Positions 6,003 through 7,942 of a stretch of 7,942 nucleotides of DNA are shown piece by piece. The position numbers and the translations under genes were made by a program. The DNA is taken from IMG/VR virus record IMGVR_UViG_2740892235_000013; one strand, 5' to 3'. The notes beneath the pieces were generated by a model, which was given only the letters and a program-made list of their open reading frames with translations, did not search any database and had not been told where the DNA came from. Numbering within the stretch: the stretch's first letter is position 1; every line of letters starts with the position of its first letter. The DNA is from a virus (taxonomy: Duplodnaviria; Heunggongvirae; Uroviricota; Caudoviricetes).

Positions 6003-7647
6003 GTACGCAGAAGACGTAAAAACGGGCAAAATTCCGGCCTGTAAACGGCTGAAACAGGCCGTTAAACGGTACTTTTCGGACCTTGAAAGCCCCCTTTACA
6101 CGTTCGATCGTGAGGTTGTGGAGCGGTTTATTGCCTTTTCCAGGGTGTGCCCGCACGTAAAAGGGCCGATGCGTGGCAGACCCATTGAGCTGGAGCCGTG
6201 GCAGCAGTTCGCCTTTGCGTGCATCCTCGGCTTTAAGGTTAAGGCCACCGGACGGCGCAAATACACGAGCGCCTTTATCGAAGTGCCGCGCAAAAATGCG
6301 AAATCCACGACCGCCGCGATTCTGGCTAACTGGTTTCTGATTATGGAGAACGGGCAGCAGGATATTTACACCGCAGCGGTGAGCCGTGACCAGGCGCGGA
6401 TCGTTTTTGATGATGCGCGTCAGATGTGCCTTTTATCCCGACCGTTACGCAGGCGGGTGAATATTCAGGCCCACAAGGTGATGCACCCGAAAAGCAACAG
6501 CCTGTTAAAGCCGCTGGCAGCAAAAGCGGCAACCATCGAGGGAACAAACCCCAGCCTTTCCATCGTGGACGAATACCACCTACACCCCGATAACGGCGTT
6601 TATTCCGCGCTTGAGCTGGGGATGGGCGCACGTCCCGAAGGGCTGTTATTTGCCATTACCACATCGGGCAGTAACGTCGTTTCAGCCTGTAAACAGCACT
6701 ATGATTATTGCTGCCAGATCCTGGACGGCGAAGAGGTCAATGATTCAATTTTTGTGCTGATTTACGAGCTGGACGACGAAAACGAGGTTGATGATCCGGC
6801 GATGTGGATAAAGGCTAACCCTAACATCGATGTTTCCGTGGATCGTGAAAAACTGGCCTCAACCATCCAGAAAGCGCGGGGTATTCCGTCGCAATGGGTG
6901 GAGATGATGACAAAGCGATTTAATATCTGGTGCCAGGGGGCTACCCCGTGGATGGGTAACGGCGCATGGGCTGAGTGTGCCGGAACGTTCACGGAGGAAG
7001 ATTTACACGGGCAGGAGTGTTACGCGGGGCTGGACTTATCATCAACCAGCGATATTTCCAGCGTGTGCTATGCCTTTCCGGTCGGTAAAAATATCATGCT
7101 GGTTTCCCGTCATTATCTGCCGGAGTTCCAGCTACAGAACCCCGCCAATAAAAACCGCGCTGTCTATCGCCAGTGGGCTAAAGCGGGCTGGATACGCACA
7201 ACGCCAGGTGACTGCATTGATTACGACCGGATCAGAGATGACATCATGCAGGATGCGGAGAAATTTAATATCAGGCTGGTGGGCTTTGATACGTGGAACG
7301 CCACGCATCTCAGGACGCAATTACAGGGGGCTGGTTTTGAGGTGGAGCCGTTCCCGCAAACCTACCTCAGATTCAGTCCGGCGGCGAAATCGTTCGAAGT
7401 TTTTGTTAACCGCAGGGTGATTGTGCATCGTGGCGATCCGGTGTTGTCCTGGTCGATGAGTAACGTCGTGATGCAGAGTGACGCGAACGCCAATATCAAG
7501 CCGAACAAGAAAAAATCACCGAACAAGATAGACCCGAGCGTAGCGGCGCTGATGGCGTTTGGTACATTCCAGGCAGAGCATGAGGATTTTGCTTTTGATA
7601 TAAGCGACAGCCACCGCCAGAAACTGGAAGAATTTAGCGGGGTGTAA
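5986..7647 (+). CDS. terL: Terminase large subunit, 553 aa
   Basis: TTG 5986 is the only start codon in frame after the upstream stop at 5941-5943; it overlaps terS by 17 nt with a purine-rich stretch (gaagaagagga) upstream. N-terminal blocks typical of this terminase family (YAEDVKTGKIPACKRLKQAVKRY, HVKGPMRGRPIELEPWQQF), P-loop-like PRKNAKSTTAA, acidic nuclease-domain residues downstream. Stop TAA 7645-7647. Confidence 0.9.
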   Translation: MTAWNKYAEDVKTGKIPACKRLKQAVKRYFSDLESPLYTFDREVVERFIAFSRVCPHVKGPMRGRPIELEPWQQFAFACILGFKVKATGRRKYTSAFIEVPRKNAKSTTAAILANWFLIMENGQQDIYTAAVSRDQARIVFDDARQMCLLSRPLRRRVNIQAHKVMHPKSNSLLKPLAAKAATIEGTNPSLSIVDEYHLHPDNGVYSALELGMGARPEGLLFAITTSGSNVVSACKQHYDYCCQILDGEEVNDSIFVLIYELDDENEVDDPAMWIKANPNIDVSVDREKLASTIQKARGIPSQWVEMMTKRFNIWCQGATPWMGNGAWAECAGTFTEEDLHGQECYAGLDLSSTSDISSVCYAFPVGKNIMLVSRHYLPEFQLQNPANKNRAVYRQWAKAGWIRTTPGDCIDYDRIRDDIMQDAEKFNIRLVGFDTWNATHLRTQLQGAGFEVEPFPQTYLRFSPAAKSFEVFVNRRVIVHRGDPVLSWSMSNVVMQSDANANIKPNKKKSPNKIDPSVAALMAFGTFQAEHEDFAFDISDSHRQKLEEFSGV

Positions 7648-7660
7648 TGAGGTCAGCAGC

Positions 7661-7942
7661 ATGACAGAAGCCGAAATACTGCGATTAATCCGCCGCGTCT
7701 CTGGAATCAGCCAGCAGGCTGACGAACAGACCACGCAGCCGGACAGCGTGACAGCCGAAAATTATGCGCGTGTTGTTGCTGAGGTGATGCGCCGTGATGG
7801 TATCCAGCTTAATGATGCGGATATGCGCGACATACGGATCCGCGTTCTGGAAATGCTGGCCTACAATCGCCGCGTTGAACTGTATCGGGAGAAGGAGAAA
7901 ATCACGTATCACTGGAAGAAGCCGGAGCGGTTACGGCGGTAA
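7661..7942 (+). CDS. Hypothetical protein (93 aa) immediately downstream of terL
   Basis: ATG 7661 with GAGG 8 nt upstream; stop TAA 7940-7942 at the window edge. Translation MTEAEILRLIRRVSGISQQADEQTT...; no recognisable family. Occupies the position where a portal gene sits in canonical phages. Confidence 0.5.
   Translation: MTEAEILRLIRRVSGISQQADEQTTQPDSVTAENYARVVAEVMRRDGIQLNDADMRDIRIRVLEMLAYNRRVELYREKEKITYHWKKPERLRR

Noticed and set aside
593-7420. Plus-strand alternative-frame ORFs inside the capsid, protease and terL genes (593-793, 1561-1776, 2233-2439, 6977-7420)
   Set aside because: They overlap confidently assigned genes in a different frame and lack RBSs or recognisable motifs.
2003-7734. 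Minus-strand ORFs of 60-137 aa from the six-frame track (for example 2003-2290, 2145-2390, 2569-2769, 4804-5082, 5102-5515, 5839-6156, 6341-6631, 6762-6992, 7516-7734)
   Set aside because: Each lies entirely antisense to a plus-strand gene with strong family-level evidence. They have odd compositions (Arg/Ser/Pro-rich), no RBS and no recognisable domains, so they are frame shadows.
1-7942. Tail, tape-measure, lysis, integrase, tRNA or rRNA genes
   Set aside because: Looked for and not found in any frame of this window. Their absence is used as evidence in the satellite hypothesis, but the window is too short to exclude them in flanking DNA.

Overview
This window is a compact, single-strand (+) operon of phage-type head-assembly and DNA-packaging genes, most likely from an enterobacterial mobile element (codon usage rich in CTG/GCG/CGC; host not verifiable here). 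Gene order is: HK97-fold major capsid, HK97-type prohead protease, portal, head-closure (head-tail joining) protein, gp6-like head-tail connector, HNH endonuclease, a small basic ORF, P27-family small terminase, large terminase, and a 93-aa hypothetical. All assignments come from reading the translated ORFs for family-typical motifs; no database search was possible. Two things stand out. (1) The order is non-canonical: capsid-protease-portal precedes the connectors, which abut HNH-terS-terL directly, with no tail, tape-measure or lysis genes. That is the gene content reported for capsid-forming phage-inducible chromosomal islands (cf-PICIs), tail-less satellites that build their own capsids and borrow helper-phage tails. 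The integrase/replication module and att sites lie outside the window, so this is a hypothesis. (2) Five 10-N runs interrupt the sequence. Four sit inside genes and are flanked by tandem near-identical overlaps of about 133-286 bp, which create false frameshifts in the capsid, portal, head-closure and connector genes. The two copies differ by synonymous and conservative substitutions, so two diverged variants of this module were co-assembled. No rRNA, tRNA or CRISPR was seen.
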